Origin: an uncultured Bacteroidota bacterium
GTDB taxonomy: Bacteria; Bacteroidota; Bacteroidia; Flavobacteriales; Flavobacteriaceae
Length of the DNA stretch: 64,000 nt
NCBI GenBank assembly: GCA_902519955.1
Contig: CABYMF010000001.1
Location: 24,055 to 88,054 of the forward strand
Direction of reading: 5' to 3'
The position numbers and the translations under genes were made by a program. Below, one piece after another: positions 45,196 through 56,063 of this stretch; the stretch's first letter is position 1; every line of letters starts with the position of its first letter. The notes below the pieces were generated by a model. The model saw only the letters and a program-made list of their open reading frames with translations, had not been told where the DNA came from and did not search any database.

Positions 45196-46479
45196 ATTTT
45201 TTATCAATTCGACTAGTTTATATGTTAATTTTTCTCTTGAAAGAGACTCTATATTTTTTGGAATATCTTTTTCATAATTTCCATCTAACCAAATGTCATA
45301 CTCTTTCTTTATAAAGTTTACAACCTTAATTACCTCATTACTTTCTGCGTTAAAAGATTTTATAGAGTTTTTCAATAGAGAATTTGACTCTTCAGCAGAG
45401 TTTGAAAAGTTTATAATTGGAGAACCTGAAGCAAGATACTCGATAAGTTTACCTGACACCATGTCGGTTTGCTCAGTATTTAAGTAATTAAAGTTTATTA
45501 GTAAATGAGATGACTTTATAATCTCAATTGCTTTTTCATGAATTACATAGCCTCTGTCAATAAAATGAATTTTTTCTGAATAAAGTTTTTTGATTTCTTT
45601 GTCAATTTTACCTGCAAAAGTGAAAATTATATCTAAATCATTATACTTCTCATATAAGATGCTTAATACTTCATAAAAAGCTTGATAATTATGATTTTTT
45701 GAGAGAATCCCTGTAAATACAATATTAAAGCTAGCTGGTTTAATCTCTTTAATTTTATCATAAACTGATTTATCATATCCATTATAAATTTTATGAATTT
45801 TCTTAGAATTTGATAATTTTTCTTTGATGATATTTTGATATCTGTCGCCAACAGTTGTTATAATTGAATCAGTAGAATTAAGAACATCCAACTCGAATTT
45901 TAAATTTAATTTTTTGGCATATTTTAATCTAAATTTATTTTTTAAATAAAAAATTTCAGCCCAAGGATCTCTTAGATCAACTATCCATTTTAATTTAAAT
46001 TTTTCAGTAATTTTTTTACCAATTAAATGAGTTGAATGTGGGGGGCCTGTTGTAATTACACAGTTAATATTATTCTTTTCTATAAGTTTTTTAGCTTTTT
46101 TAAATGCAAAATAGTTCCAACCAATTCTTGAATCTGGAATAAAAAAATTTAATCTGATAAATGATGCTATTTTATCAAATAATGATTGGTTTGGAATGTA
46201 AGACTGAGGTATTGCTTTAGTTTTATTTCCAGACTTAAATAGTGAATATAATTTTAAGGTCTCAAAGCTATATGTTTTATGTGTCTCAATATCTTTAACT
46301 TGATTTGTGAGTGAATTATCAATTAAATTATAAGAGGCATATTTTTGGTCAACAGTCAAAACTATAGGATTATGTCCAAGTTGCTTTAGATATTTTGCAA
46401 AGAACACCCATCTTTGAACTCCTGAACCCCCAGATGGTGGCCAGTAGTAAGTAATGATTAAAATATTTAAATTATCCAA
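45184..46479 (-). CDS. Glycosyltransferase (GT-B fold, GT4-like)
   Basis: The N-terminus ILIITYYWPPSGGSGVQRW is typical of a Bacteroidota GT4-like family. The only in-frame start is a TTG at 46479..46477. Confidence 0.7.
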   Translation of the reverse strand: MDNLNILIITYYWPPSGGSGVQRWVFFAKYLKQLGHNPIVLTVDQKYASYNLIDNSLTNQVKDIETHKTYSFETLKLYSLFKSGNKTKAIPQSYIPNQSLFDKIASFIRLNFFIPDSRIGWNYFAFKKAKKLIEKNNINCVITTGPPHSTHLIGKKITEKFKLKWIVDLRDPWAEIFYLKNKFRLKYAKKLNLKFELDVLNSTDSIITTVGDRYQNIIKEKLSNSKKIHKIYNGYDKSVYDKIKEIKPASFNIVFTGILSKNHNYQAFYEVLSILYEKYNDLDIIFTFAGKIDKEIKKLYSEKIHFIDRGYVIHEKAIEIIKSSHLLINFNYLNTEQTDMVSGKLIEYLASGSPIINFSNSAEESNSLLKNSIKSFNAESNEVIKVVNFIKKEYDIWLDGNYEKDIPKNIESLSREKLTYKLVELIKNLVA

Positions 46480-46480
46480 G

Positions 46481-47362
46481 CTAATCTAATTTAAGTTGAA
46501 CCCCAACGCCAAACACCTCTCTTACTTGAAGTCTTGAAATAGCATTATCATCATAAATTAATTGAAAAATTAGTTGAGTTGAAAGAAGAGGGTTTATATC
46601 AACTTCAATTTGCACTAGATAATCTAGATCTATGTTTGAGGCATCTTCAAGATAGTTAGAGAAAAGCTTTAAATCTTGTTTATACTTTATATTTTCAAGT
46701 AGGTTTCCCTCCGAATGGAAAGTTAAATTAGCCCCAAGTTCATATCTAGATGATTTATTAGGTAATACACCAAAATAAGTATCATCACCGGTTAAGTCTT
46801 GAGTAAATTTTTTACTAACTAAAATTAATCTTGTAGCAATAGGAGAATAATTGACCCATAATGTTTCATCTTTTTTCCAAAGAAATCCTGATCCTAATTG
46901 AAAGTATGCCGGAGAAAATATTCTAGTTGTTAATTCACGTATCTCATTATTATTTGGATCCTTTTTGTATTTATAACCATTTCCAAGTTGAGAGGTAATG
47001 TTAAAGAAAGCTGAGAAAGATAAATTTTTAGTAAACTCTTTACCAACTATTGATTGAATTAAAATTCTATCATCAATTTTTCTAGCAAATGGAGCATTCT
47101 TGTATTTAGCTAATCCATAAGCAGATTCAAAGTTAGTCAGCCAGTCCCAACCTTTATCTCTGTACTCCCATTCATAGTCAAATTTTAATGTACCAGAAAA
47201 ATTATTTGTTCCTCCTCCCACCCAATCACTAAATCCTGTTTGGTTTAAAAGAATGGCAACATTTCCTCTAGTTGTCCAAAGAGAATCTTTTTTAGCTTCT
47301 TCTTGAGAAAAAGTATTCATAGAAAAAAATATCAAAAAAAATAAAAGAAAGTTTTGTTTCAT
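46481..47362 (-). CDS. DUF3078-like outer-membrane beta-barrel protein
   Basis: Signal peptide, alternating beta-strand pattern, GGTNNFSG motif, and a C-terminal ...GVGVQLKLD. The family assignment is from memory. Confidence 0.55.
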   Translation of the reverse strand: MKQNFLLFFLIFFSMNTFSQEEAKKDSLWTTRGNVAILLNQTGFSDWVGGGTNNFSGTLKFDYEWEYRDKGWDWLTNFESAYGLAKYKNAPFARKIDDRILIQSIVGKEFTKNLSFSAFFNITSQLGNGYKYKKDPNNNEIRELTTRIFSPAYFQLGSGFLWKKDETLWVNYSPIATRLILVSKKFTQDLTGDDTYFGVLPNKSSRYELGANLTFHSEGNLLENIKYKQDLKLFSNYLEDASNIDLDYLVQIEVDINPLLSTQLIFQLIYDDNAISRLQVREVFGVGVQLKLD

Positions 47363-47369
47363 GAAATGA

Positions 47370-47690
47370 TTACAGAAATCCTAATTCAAGTTTTGCCTCT
47401 TCACTCATCAAATCTTTTGTCCAAGGTGGATCAAATGTAATTTCAACCTCTGCAGTTTTAACCTCGTCAATTGATCTTATTTTTTCTTCGACTTCCTGGG
47501 GTAATGATTCAGCAACTGGACAATTTGGTGAAGTAAGTGTCATAAGAATTTTTACTTCATTATCTTCATTGACAAAGACATCATAGATTAGTCCTAACTC
47601 ATAAATATCAACAGGTATTTCAGGATCAAATATTGATTTTAATTCTTTTACAATTTTTTCGCCTAAATCTTGGGTATTCATTTTTGTCAT
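47370..47690 (-). CDS. sufT: SUF-system DUF59 protein (SufT-like)
   Basis: DPEIPVDIYELGLIY...LTSPNCPVAESL is the DUF59 signature. It lies downstream of sufE. Confidence 0.8.
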   Translation of the reverse strand: MTKMNTQDLGEKIVKELKSIFDPEIPVDIYELGLIYDVFVNEDNEVKILMTLTSPNCPVAESLPQEVEEKIRSIDEVKTAEVEITFDPPWTKDLMSEEAKLELGFL

Positions 47691-47691
47691 T

Positions 47692-48114
47692 TTAGTTTTT
47701 TGCTTGATACGCTAAAGCATATATTTTGATTTGTTTTATCATTGAAAGTAGACCGTTTGCCCTTGTCTGTGAAAGATGACTATTTAAACCTATTTTCTCA
47801 ATAAAATCAATATTAGCTGCAATAATTTCATTTGGTGTATGACCAGAAAAGACTCTAATTAAAAGAGATATGATTCCTTTAGAGATGATTGCATCACTAT
47901 CCGCTTCAAATATAACAATGTTATTATCAAAAGATGAGTTTAGCCAAACTTTACTTTGACAGCCTTTTATAAGATTAGAATCGACTCTATTACTATCATT
48001 AAATTCAGGTAGATTTTTGCCAAGATCAATTAGATATTGATACTTTTCTGACCAATCTTGAAAAAAATCAAACTCTTCAATAATTTGGTCCTGTATTTGT
48101 TGAATGCTTTGCAC
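47692..48114 (-). CDS. sufE: Sulfur acceptor SufE
   Basis: The acceptor Cys motif is IKGCQSKVWL. Length is 140 aa. Confidence 0.85.
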   Translation of the reverse strand: MQSIQQIQDQIIEEFDFFQDWSEKYQYLIDLGKNLPEFNDSNRVDSNLIKGCQSKVWLNSSFDNNIVIFEADSDAIISKGIISLLIRVFSGHTPNEIIAANIDFIEKIGLNSHLSQTRANGLLSMIKQIKIYALAYQAKN

Positions 48115-48130
48115 AGTCTAAATTAAGCAA

Positions 48131-49345
48131 TTATCCCAACATTTTTGATGCCTTTTTTAGGGCATCAATAAATAAATCTATTTCACTTTTGGTATTGTAA
48201 AAAGAGAAGGAAGCTCTAACTGTTCCTGGAATATTGAAATGATCCATTATAGGCTGCGTACAGTGCTGTCCTGTTCTGACTGCAACCCCGTATTGATCTA
48301 GAATAGAACCAATATCAGATGGATGGTTATTACCAACATTAAAAGAAATAACAGATATTTTATCATCTACATCACCATATATTTTAATATTCTCAATTTT
48401 TTTAAGATTTTCTGTGGCATAATCTAAAAGTTCTTTTTCATACATTTCTATATTGTTAAAACCAATTGAGTTCATATATTCTATTGCAGCACCAAACCCT
48501 ATAACACCTGCAATATTTGGGGTTCCTGCTTCAAATTTATGAGGAAGGTCAGCATATTCGGTTTTCTTAAAGGTTACAGTAGATATCATTTCACCCCCAC
48601 CCTGGTATGGTGGTAGTGAATTTAGCAACTCTGATTTTCCATACAGAAATCCAACTCCAGTTGGACCACATAATTTATGGGCTGATGCAACATAATAATC
48701 AACATCTAACTCCTTTAAGTTAATCTTGAAATGAGCGGCACCTTGAGCACCATCAATCAGAACTTTACTATTATTCTTGTGAGCAAGATCTATAATTTCT
48801 TTAACTGGATTCACAATACCTAGAGTATTTGATACATGATTTATGAAAACAAATTTAACTGCAGAAGTAAGTAATGATTTATATTCATCCATATTAAGCG
48901 AACCATCATCATTAATTGGTATTACTTTGAGTTTTGATCCAGTTTTTTCACAAAGCATTTGCCATGGAACGATATTGGAGTGATGCTCCATCTCTGATAC
49001 TATTAGTTCATCCTTTGAAGAGATTATTTTTTCAAGGCCCGAAGAAATAATATTAATTCCATGTGTGGTTCCTGATGTAAAAATTATTTCATGTTCATGA
49101 GAAGCTCCAAAATGATTTTTAATTATTGTCCTTGAATTTTCATATTTATTAGTAGCATCTGCACTAAGTGAATGTAAGCCTCTATGAATATTCGAATTAT
49201 ATTGTTTATAATAATTTGATATAACGTCAATAACTTGATTTGGGGTTTGAGATGTAGCTGCATTATCAAAGTAAATTAAGTCAGTATTATTGACCTTTTT
49301 ACCAAGTATTGGAAAGTCTTCTCTTATTTTGTATACATCCAGCAT
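48131..49345 (-). CDS. sufS: Cysteine desulfurase SufS (group II)
   Basis: YFDNAATSQ, SAHKLCGPTGVG (PLP Lys) and RTGQHCTQP (catalytic Cys loop). Confidence 0.92.
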   Translation of the reverse strand: MLDVYKIREDFPILGKKVNNTDLIYFDNAATSQTPNQVIDVISNYYKQYNSNIHRGLHSLSADATNKYENSRTIIKNHFGASHEHEIIFTSGTTHGINIISSGLEKIISSKDELIVSEMEHHSNIVPWQMLCEKTGSKLKVIPINDDGSLNMDEYKSLLTSAVKFVFINHVSNTLGIVNPVKEIIDLAHKNNSKVLIDGAQGAAHFKINLKELDVDYYVASAHKLCGPTGVGFLYGKSELLNSLPPYQGGGEMISTVTFKKTEYADLPHKFEAGTPNIAGVIGFGAAIEYMNSIGFNNIEMYEKELLDYATENLKKIENIKIYGDVDDKISVISFNVGNNHPSDIGSILDQYGVAVRTGQHCTQPIMDHFNIPGTVRASFSFYNTKSEIDLFIDALKKASKMLG

Positions 49346-50662
49346 TTATAAATCGAATCCTAAGTCAACACCTAGTTTTTTTGAGATTAGTGAGTTAATT
49401 CTTTTCTTTAGACTAGGGATATTTACACTTTTAAGAATACTATTTGCAAATCCATAAGTTAATAGAGCAATTGCTTCTTTCTCTGGAATACCTCTAGATT
49501 TAAGATAAAAAAGCGCTTCTTTGTCGAGCTGTCCAATTGTACATCCATGGGAACACTTTACATCATCAGCAAATATTTCTAATTGTGGTTTTGAGTTAAC
49601 CTTAGCTTTATTATCAATTAGTATATTATTGTTTTGCTGAAATGCATTTGTTTTTTGTGCAATTTGATCAACTAGTATTTTTCCATTAAAAACACCAACA
49701 GATCTTTCAGAAAAAATTCCCTTATAGTCCTGGTGGCTTTCACAATTTGGTTGAGCATGGTTAACAAGTGTATTATGATCTACATGCTGATCTTTTTCAA
49801 GTATAGTAAGACCTTTTAATGTAGATTGAATATTCTCACCTTTATGGTAGAAATTTAAATTATTTCTAGTTAATTTTCCACCAAAGGAAAAAGTATGAAC
49901 CCTGACATTACTGTCCCTCTGCTGATCAATAAATGTATTGTCAATTAAATTTGAAGTTTCTAAATCATTCTGAATCTTGTAGTAATCGACAAATGAGTTC
50001 TTTTCAGCATATATCTCAGTCAAAGAGTTAGTAACTCCATCATTAGCTTTCAAACTTTGGTGTCTTTCAATTATTTCAACTCTAGCATTTTCTTCAACTA
50101 TAATCAAATTCCTTGGCTGAAGCCATAGAGGTTTATTTTTTCCTGAAGAAAAATGCAAAATCTGAACAGGATCCTCTGGTAAAACAGATTTTGGTATGTG
50201 AATATATGCTCCTTCCTGGGTATAAGATGTATTTAATGAAGCTAAACTCTGATCGTCAGGAACTATTTTATTAAAGTATTTTTTAATTGTTTTTTTATAC
50301 TTGCTTTTTATTAAAGCAGCAGACAATACACATATGTCCTTACCATCATGAGTTGTATTTGACAAGAAGGGATTAAAAACACCATCAACAAAAACTATTT
50401 TAAATGAATCAATATCATTAATTGAATATTTTTTTATATCCTTTAATCCAATATTTGGATTGCTTTTAACGTATAAACTATAATCTTTTTGTGTAATTGA
50501 TTTTAGAGATGTATACTTCCAAAGTTCATCTTTTTTTGTAGGAAAGCCTTTATCCTCGAATCTCTTTAATGCATTTTTTCTGTCATTGTGTATTGGATTT
50601 TCAAGGTCTATGACTTGCTCAAAAGCAATAAAAGAATCCAGTATTTTATCTTGAAAGCTCAT
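49346..50662 (-). CDS. sufD: Fe-S cluster assembly protein SufD
   Basis: The C-terminal region PQLEIFADDVKCSHGCTIGQLDKEALFYLKSRGI matches SufD. Operon position also fits. Confidence 0.88.
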   Translation of the reverse strand: MSFQDKILDSFIAFEQVIDLENPIHNDRKNALKRFEDKGFPTKKDELWKYTSLKSITQKDYSLYVKSNPNIGLKDIKKYSINDIDSFKIVFVDGVFNPFLSNTTHDGKDICVLSAALIKSKYKKTIKKYFNKIVPDDQSLASLNTSYTQEGAYIHIPKSVLPEDPVQILHFSSGKNKPLWLQPRNLIIVEENARVEIIERHQSLKANDGVTNSLTEIYAEKNSFVDYYKIQNDLETSNLIDNTFIDQQRDSNVRVHTFSFGGKLTRNNLNFYHKGENIQSTLKGLTILEKDQHVDHNTLVNHAQPNCESHQDYKGIFSERSVGVFNGKILVDQIAQKTNAFQQNNNILIDNKAKVNSKPQLEIFADDVKCSHGCTIGQLDKEALFYLKSRGIPEKEAIALLTYGFANSILKSVNIPSLKKRINSLISKKLGVDLGFDL

Positions 50663-50667
50663 AATTA

Positions 50668-51414
50668 TTAATTACTTTTTTTCAGCCAGTCATATCCAAC
50701 AACTTCAATTTTTTTTGCAAGATCTTTATTTCCTGATTTAACAACTTTACCATCCATGATGACATGCACTTTATCAGGCACAATGTAATCTAAGAGCCTT
50801 TGATAATGTGTGATAACAAGTACAGAGTTATTATCATTACTACACTTAATAACACCATTTGCAACTATTTTTAAAGCGTCAATATCTAGTCCAGAATCAG
50901 TTTCGTCAAGAACTGCCAATTTTGGTTCCATCATAGCCATTTGAAAAATTTCATTTCTCTTTTTTTCTCCACCAGAAAAACCTTCATTTAATGACCTTGA
51001 TAAAAAATTTGAATCCATGTCTAATAGATTTGCTTTCTCTCTAATTTTTTTTAACATCACACTTGATGACATATCATCAAGCCCTTGAGATTTTCTAGTT
51101 TCGTTAATCGCAGTCTTGATAAAGTTTGTAACTGTTACACCAGGTATTTCAACAGGGTATTGAAATGACATAAAGATTCCCTCATGGGCTCTTTCATCGA
51201 CACCAAGATCATTTATTTCTTTATTATCAAAATAAATTTTCCCTTTATTAACCTCATAATCTTCATGTCCAGAAATCACATTTGCAAGAGTACTTTTACC
51301 AGAACCGTTAGGGCCCATTATAGCATGTATCTCACCTTTTTTAATCTTTAAATTAATTCCTTTTAAAATTGACTTACCGTCTATCTTGCAGTGTAAATTA
51401 TCTATTTCTAACAT
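50668..51414 (-). CDS. sufC: Fe-S cluster assembly ATPase SufC
   Basis: Walker A GPNGSGKST, ABC signature FSGGEKKRNEI and Walker B AVLDETDSGLD. Confidence 0.93.
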   Translation of the reverse strand: MLEIDNLHCKIDGKSILKGINLKIKKGEIHAIMGPNGSGKSTLANVISGHEDYEVNKGKIYFDNKEINDLGVDERAHEGIFMSFQYPVEIPGVTVTNFIKTAINETRKSQGLDDMSSSVMLKKIREKANLLDMDSNFLSRSLNEGFSGGEKKRNEIFQMAMMEPKLAVLDETDSGLDIDALKIVANGVIKCSNDNNSVLVITHYQRLLDYIVPDKVHVIMDGKVVKSGNKDLAKKIEVVGYDWLKKSN

Positions 51415-51423
51415 ATGTTTTTT

Positions 51424-52869
51424 TTAACCAACAGAGCCCTCTAGTGATATTTCTAATAGTTTTTGAGCCTCAACAGCAAATTCCATAGGAAGTTTGTTTA
51501 GTACTTCTTTACTGAATCCGTTAACAATTAGAGCTATAGCCTTTTCTGTATCGATACCCCTTTGATTACAATAAAAAATTTGATCCTCGCCAATTTTACT
51601 TGTAGAAGCTTCATGCTCAATCTGGGCAGATTTATTTTGTGCTTCGATGTAAGGGAATGTATGAGCACCACATTCGTTACCCATCAATAGTGAGTCACAT
51701 TGAGAAAAGTTCCTAGCATTTTCAGCCATGGGTGAAATCTTTACTAGCCCCCTATAGCTATTTTGTGATTTTCCTGCCGAAACTCCTTTTGAAATAATAG
51801 TACTTTTTGTATTCTTTCCGATATGTATCATTTTAGTGCCTGTATCAGCCTGTTGAAAATTATTTGTAACTGCAATGGAATAAAACTCACCAATTGAATC
51901 ATTTCCTTTTAGAACACATGATGGGTATTTCCAAGTTACAGCAGAACCAGTTTCTACCTGAGTCCAAGAAATTTTTGATCTGTCATGACAAATACCTCTT
52001 TTAGTCACAAAATTAAACACTCCACCATTTCCATTTTTATCACCAGGAAACCAATTTTGTACGGTTGAATATTTTATCTCAGCATCATCTAAAGCAATTA
52101 ATTCTACTACCGCAGCATGAAGCTGATTTTCGTCCCTAGATGGAGCTGTACAGCCCTCTAGATAACTCACATAACTCGATTCGTCAGCAATTAGCAAAGT
52201 TCTTTCAAATTGTCCAGTTCCAGCTTGATTAATCCTGAAATAGGTAGATAATTCCATTGGACACTTTACTCCTTTGGGAATGTAACAAAATGATCCATCG
52301 GAAAAAACAGCAGAATTAAGTGCTGCAAAATAATTGTCTCTTTTAGGAATCACTGTCCCTATATACTTTCTAACAAGTTTGGGGTGGTTTTTTATGGCAT
52401 CTGAAATTGAGCAAAAAATTATTCCTTTTTCTTCTAATGTATCTTTAAAAGAGGTAGCAACTGAAACAGAGTCTACTACAACATCCATTGCTACTCCACT
52501 TAATCTTTTTTGTTCGTCAATAGAAATCCCCAATTTATTAAATGTCTTAAGAAGCTCTGGATCAACTTCATCTAAAGATTTGAGGTCTGGCTTTTTTTTG
52601 GGAGCTGAATAATAAGAAATTGCTTGATAATCAGGCTCTTTATATTTAAGATTTGACCATGATGGTTTTTTCATTTTTTTCCATATTTTGAATGCATCCA
52701 ATCTCCATTCTGTCATCCATTTTGGTTCATTCTTTTTCTTTGAAATAGCAACAACAATTTCTTCACTAAGTCCTACAGGAAAGGTTTCAGAATCTATGTC
52801 TGTGTAGAAACCATATTCATATTCTTTAGTTTCAAGTTGTTTCTTTAATTCTTCTTCAGTGTAAGCCAT
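51424..52869 (-). CDS. sufB: Fe-S cluster assembly scaffold SufB
   Basis: Highly conserved SufB blocks are present: [29 protein letters not shown] and [10 protein letters not shown]. Length is 481 aa. Confidence 0.93.
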   Translation of the reverse strand: MAYTEEELKKQLETKEYEYGFYTDIDSETFPVGLSEEIVVAISKKKNEPKWMTEWRLDAFKIWKKMKKPSWSNLKYKEPDYQAISYYSAPKKKPDLKSLDEVDPELLKTFNKLGISIDEQKRLSGVAMDVVVDSVSVATSFKDTLEEKGIIFCSISDAIKNHPKLVRKYIGTVIPKRDNYFAALNSAVFSDGSFCYIPKGVKCPMELSTYFRINQAGTGQFERTLLIADESSYVSYLEGCTAPSRDENQLHAAVVELIALDDAEIKYSTVQNWFPGDKNGNGGVFNFVTKRGICHDRSKISWTQVETGSAVTWKYPSCVLKGNDSIGEFYSIAVTNNFQQADTGTKMIHIGKNTKSTIISKGVSAGKSQNSYRGLVKISPMAENARNFSQCDSLLMGNECGAHTFPYIEAQNKSAQIEHEASTSKIGEDQIFYCNQRGIDTEKAIALIVNGFSKEVLNKLPMEFAVEAQKLLEISLEGSVG

Positions 52870-52989
52870 AAATAATCTTTAAACTTATGCAAATATACAA
52901 TTAAATCAAGGTTTTTTTAATATTTTTAAGTGTTAATAAATCTATAATTATCTTAGAAATTACACCCTAATTTAACAGATCATTTGGCT

Positions 52990-52997
52990 TAAATTTG
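52990..52997 (+). promoter_or_regulatory. Candidate -7 promoter box (TAAATTTG) immediately upstream of thiL
   Basis: Exact TAnnTTTG match ending 4 nt before the thiL ATG at 53002. I found no convincing -33 element. Confidence 0.3.
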
Positions 52998-53001
52998 AAT
53001 A

Positions 53002-54054
53002 ATGGATAATACAAATAATCAAGAAGAAAATGATCTTTCTAATATTAGCGAAATTGAGCTTATAAAAAGAATTACTAAATCTTTCAAGAATACTAATAAA
53101 TCAACAATTATTAATATTGGGGACGATGCTGCACTATTAAAGTTTGATAAAACCAATATAACAATCTCGCAAGATATTTTAGTAGAAGGTGTCCACTTTG
53201 ATTTATCGTATGTGCCTCTTAAACATTTAGGTTATAAAAGTGTTGTAGTTAATATTTCAGATATTATATCGATGAATGTAAAACCTTCACATATTTTAGT
53301 CTCAATTGCAGTCTCAAACAGATTCAAAATAAATGCACTTGAAGAACTATACGAAGGAATCAAATTAGCTTGTTCAAAATATAATATTGACTTAATTGGT
53401 GGCGATACTACATCTTCAAACAAAGGTTTAATGATATCCGTTACATGTATAGGTAATACAAGAAATAAAAAAATTACTGAAAGGAATGGTGCTAAAGTGG
53501 ATGATTTATTAGTAGTATCTGGAGACTTAGGGGCAGCCTATATGGGCCTTCAAGTTTTAGAAAGAGAAAAGAATGTATTTGAAGTCAACCCAAATTCTCA
53601 ACCTGACTTAAGTCAATATACCTACTGTATTCAAAGACAATTAAAACCTGAAGCAAGAATAGATGTTATTGATTTTCTTGATGAATTGAAAATTATTCCA
53701 AGTTCAATGATTGATATAAGTGATGGTTTATCCACTGAGATTAATCATTTATCTAAATCTTCAGGATTATCATTTCATATAAATGAGGACCAAATCCCAA
53801 TATCTGATAATACAAAAACTATTTGTGATGAATTTAAAATTGATCATTCTATAGCTTCACTTAATGGCGGTGAAGATTACGAGCTTTTATTTACTACCTC
53901 AAAAAGAAATTTAAAAAAAATTCAACAATCTCAATACCTCTCTGTTATTGGAACCTGCGTTAATAAAAAGAATGACAACTGTATGATCACCAGTTTAGGG
54001 CAGAAAATAAATATTAATAGTTCTGGTTGGGATTCATTTAGCAGTAGTGCTTAA
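53002..54054 (+). CDS. thiL: Thiamine-monophosphate kinase
   Basis: IGDDAALL, DILVEGVHF and LIGGDTTSS, followed by an AIR-synthase-like C-domain. Confidence 0.85.
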   Translation: MDNTNNQEENDLSNISEIELIKRITKSFKNTNKSTIINIGDDAALLKFDKTNITISQDILVEGVHFDLSYVPLKHLGYKSVVVNISDIISMNVKPSHILVSIAVSNRFKINALEELYEGIKLACSKYNIDLIGGDTTSSNKGLMISVTCIGNTRNKKITERNGAKVDDLLVVSGDLGAAYMGLQVLEREKNVFEVNPNSQPDLSQYTYCIQRQLKPEARIDVIDFLDELKIIPSSMIDISDGLSTEINHLSKSSGLSFHINEDQIPISDNTKTICDEFKIDHSIASLNGGEDYELLFTTSKRNLKKIQQSQYLSVIGTCVNKKNDNCMITSLGQKININSSGWDSFSSSA

Positions 54055-54866
54055 CCCAGAGCTACATCAAGTGTCATCATCACTATAAAACCACCAATAA
54101 AACCAAGAGTTGCGATATCAGTATATTTATCCAACTGAGTCTCTGGGATTACTTCTTCTACAACAACAAAAATCATTGCTCCTGCAGCAAAAGCTAAGGC
54201 ATATGGGAGTATTGGTGTAAAGAATGTGACTGCAAGTGCGCCTATAACTCCTGCAATTGGTTCGACAATTGCCGATAATTGTCCATACCAAAAACTTTTT
54301 CGTTTACTTAATCCTGATCTTCTCAAAGGCATTGCTACAGCAATACCCTCCGGGAAATTTTGAAGTCCAATCCCAAATGCTAATACAACAGCTCCTGCAA
54401 TTGATGCTTCAGGAATACCAGCTGCTACTCCACCAAATAATACTCCTACTGCAAGACCCTCAGGAATATTGTGAAGAGTAACTGCAAGTGTAAGAAGAGT
54501 TGCTCTTCTCCAAGGTGTCTTAATTCCCTCCGCCTCCTTAAAGTTTATATGAATGTGAGGTAGAACTTTATCAATTCCATATATAAATAATGCACCTAAT
54601 CCAAAACCAATAGCTGCAGGCATAACTTTAATAAACCCATAACCAGGACTCATTTCAATAGCAGGAAATAATAGACTCCAAAAGCTAGCTGCAACCATAA
54701 CGCCTCCAGTAAATCCAAGCATACCATCTAAAGCCATTCTACTCATTGTCTTGAATAGGAAAACAGTTGAAGCTCCTAGGGCAGTAACTCCCCAGGTAAA
54801 AAGTGTCGCATATAAAGCACCTACAACAGGGTTTAAACTTGAAAAGTATTCAATTATTTGGTCCAT
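54051..54866 (-). CDS. ZIP-family divalent metal (zinc) transporter
   Basis: Eight TMs with HNIPEGLAVG and QNFPEGIAV motifs. Length is 271 aa. Confidence 0.85.
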   Translation of the reverse strand: MDQIIEYFSSLNPVVGALYATLFTWGVTALGASTVFLFKTMSRMALDGMLGFTGGVMVAASFWSLLFPAIEMSPGYGFIKVMPAAIGFGLGALFIYGIDKVLPHIHINFKEAEGIKTPWRRATLLTLAVTLHNIPEGLAVGVLFGGVAAGIPEASIAGAVVLAFGIGLQNFPEGIAVAMPLRRSGLSKRKSFWYGQLSAIVEPIAGVIGALAVTFFTPILPYALAFAAGAMIFVVVEEVIPETQLDKYTDIATLGFIGGFIVMMTLDVALG

Positions 54867-54914
54867 CTTTGTATATTAGAAATCAATTCTGCAAAACTAT
54901 AAAATTTAAACAGC

Positions 54915-56063
54915 TTGGAGAAATATGACTATATAATTTGTGGTGGTGGTGCGTCTGGTTTATTACTTGCAAATGCATTTATTAAAGATGAATTCTTCAA
55001 TGATAAGAAAATACTAATTATTGAAAGAGAGAGTAAAACTTTAAATGACAAAACTTTCAGTTTCTGGGATAATCAAAGTAATGTCCTTGATAGAATAGTC
55101 TTCAAATCATGGGAAAAAGCAGAGTTTAAAGATTCTGAATTTACTAGTTCTTTTAATCTTAGCCCATATAAATATAAGATGGTTAGATCTGATAGATTTT
55201 ACTCTTACATGAGGAAAAAAATTGATAGAGCATCAAACTTTAATTATTTAAATGCAAATGTTATAGATATTGAAAAGGATTCGAATCGAAACAACGTTAA
55301 AACAGATCAGGGAGATTTCCTATGTACTATTGTTTTTTCAAGTATATATGAACCTAAAAAATATGATTTCAAAAAATATCCTCTTTTGAATCAACACTTT
55401 TTAGGATGGACAATTGAGACTGAAAATGATCTTTTTGATGAAAATAAAATTAGATTCATGGATTTTAGCATTGAACAGCATGAGGAAACAAGGTTTATGT
55501 ATGTGCTCCCTTTTTCAAAAAATTCTGCTCTATTTGAGTATACATTTTTTGGTGGGGACATAATGAAAAATTCGGAATATGAAAAGGAAATTAAGAAGTA
55601 CTTAAAAAATGAAGGTATAGAGCATTTTAAGATTGTGGAAAGGGAGAAAGGAGTGATTCCAATGACATGTTATCCTTTTTTTAACGAAAATACTGATCAT
55701 TTTATAAAAATTGGTACTTCTGGAGGCTGGACAAAGCCTAGTACTGGCTATACAGTGAAAAATTCAATAGAAAAAATTGATCTAATTATTGAGCATCTAA
55801 AGCAGGATAAACCACTCTCAAAAATAAAATTTAAAAATAGGTTTTGGTTTTATGATGTTTTATTTCTTGATGTACTTGTTGATTCAAGAGGCAAGGGAAG
55901 TAAGGTTTTTTCGGATTTATTTAGAAATAATGATCCACTATTACTATTTAAGTTTCTTGGTGAAAAAACTAATATTTTTGAAGAGATTAGAATATTTATT
56001 TCGGTTAATATAATAACATTTGTAAAGTCACTATATAAAAGAATATCAAATCTCTCTATTTAA
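54915..56063 (+). CDS. crtY: Lycopene cyclase family protein (CrtY type)
   Basis: A TTG start is followed directly by the FAD/NAD fold YDYIICGGGASGLLLA. Size (382 aa) and GTSGGWTKPSTGY are typical of flavobacterial lycopene beta-cyclase. Confidence 0.72.
   Translation: MEKYDYIICGGGASGLLLANAFIKDEFFNDKKILIIERESKTLNDKTFSFWDNQSNVLDRIVFKSWEKAEFKDSEFTSSFNLSPYKYKMVRSDRFYSYMRKKIDRASNFNYLNANVIDIEKDSNRNNVKTDQGDFLCTIVFSSIYEPKKYDFKKYPLLNQHFLGWTIETENDLFDENKIRFMDFSIEQHEETRFMYVLPFSKNSALFEYTFFGGDIMKNSEYEKEIKKYLKNEGIEHFKIVEREKGVIPMTCYPFFNENTDHFIKIGTSGGWTKPSTGYTVKNSIEKIDLIIEHLKQDKPLSKIKFKNRFWFYDVLFLDVLVDSRGKGSKVFSDLFRNNDPLLLFKFLGEKTNIFEEIRIFISVNIITFVKSLYKRISNLSI

Noticed and set aside
52870-53001. Possible TPP riboswitch upstream of thiL, and a SAM or other riboswitch upstream of the Cys/Met PLP enzyme (34134..34209).
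   Set aside because: Neither region contains the conserved cores (for example the CUGAGA / ACCUGAUCUGGAUAAUGCCAGCG-type TPP elements). Neither has enough G/C to form the required helices, and both are too short and A+T-rich.
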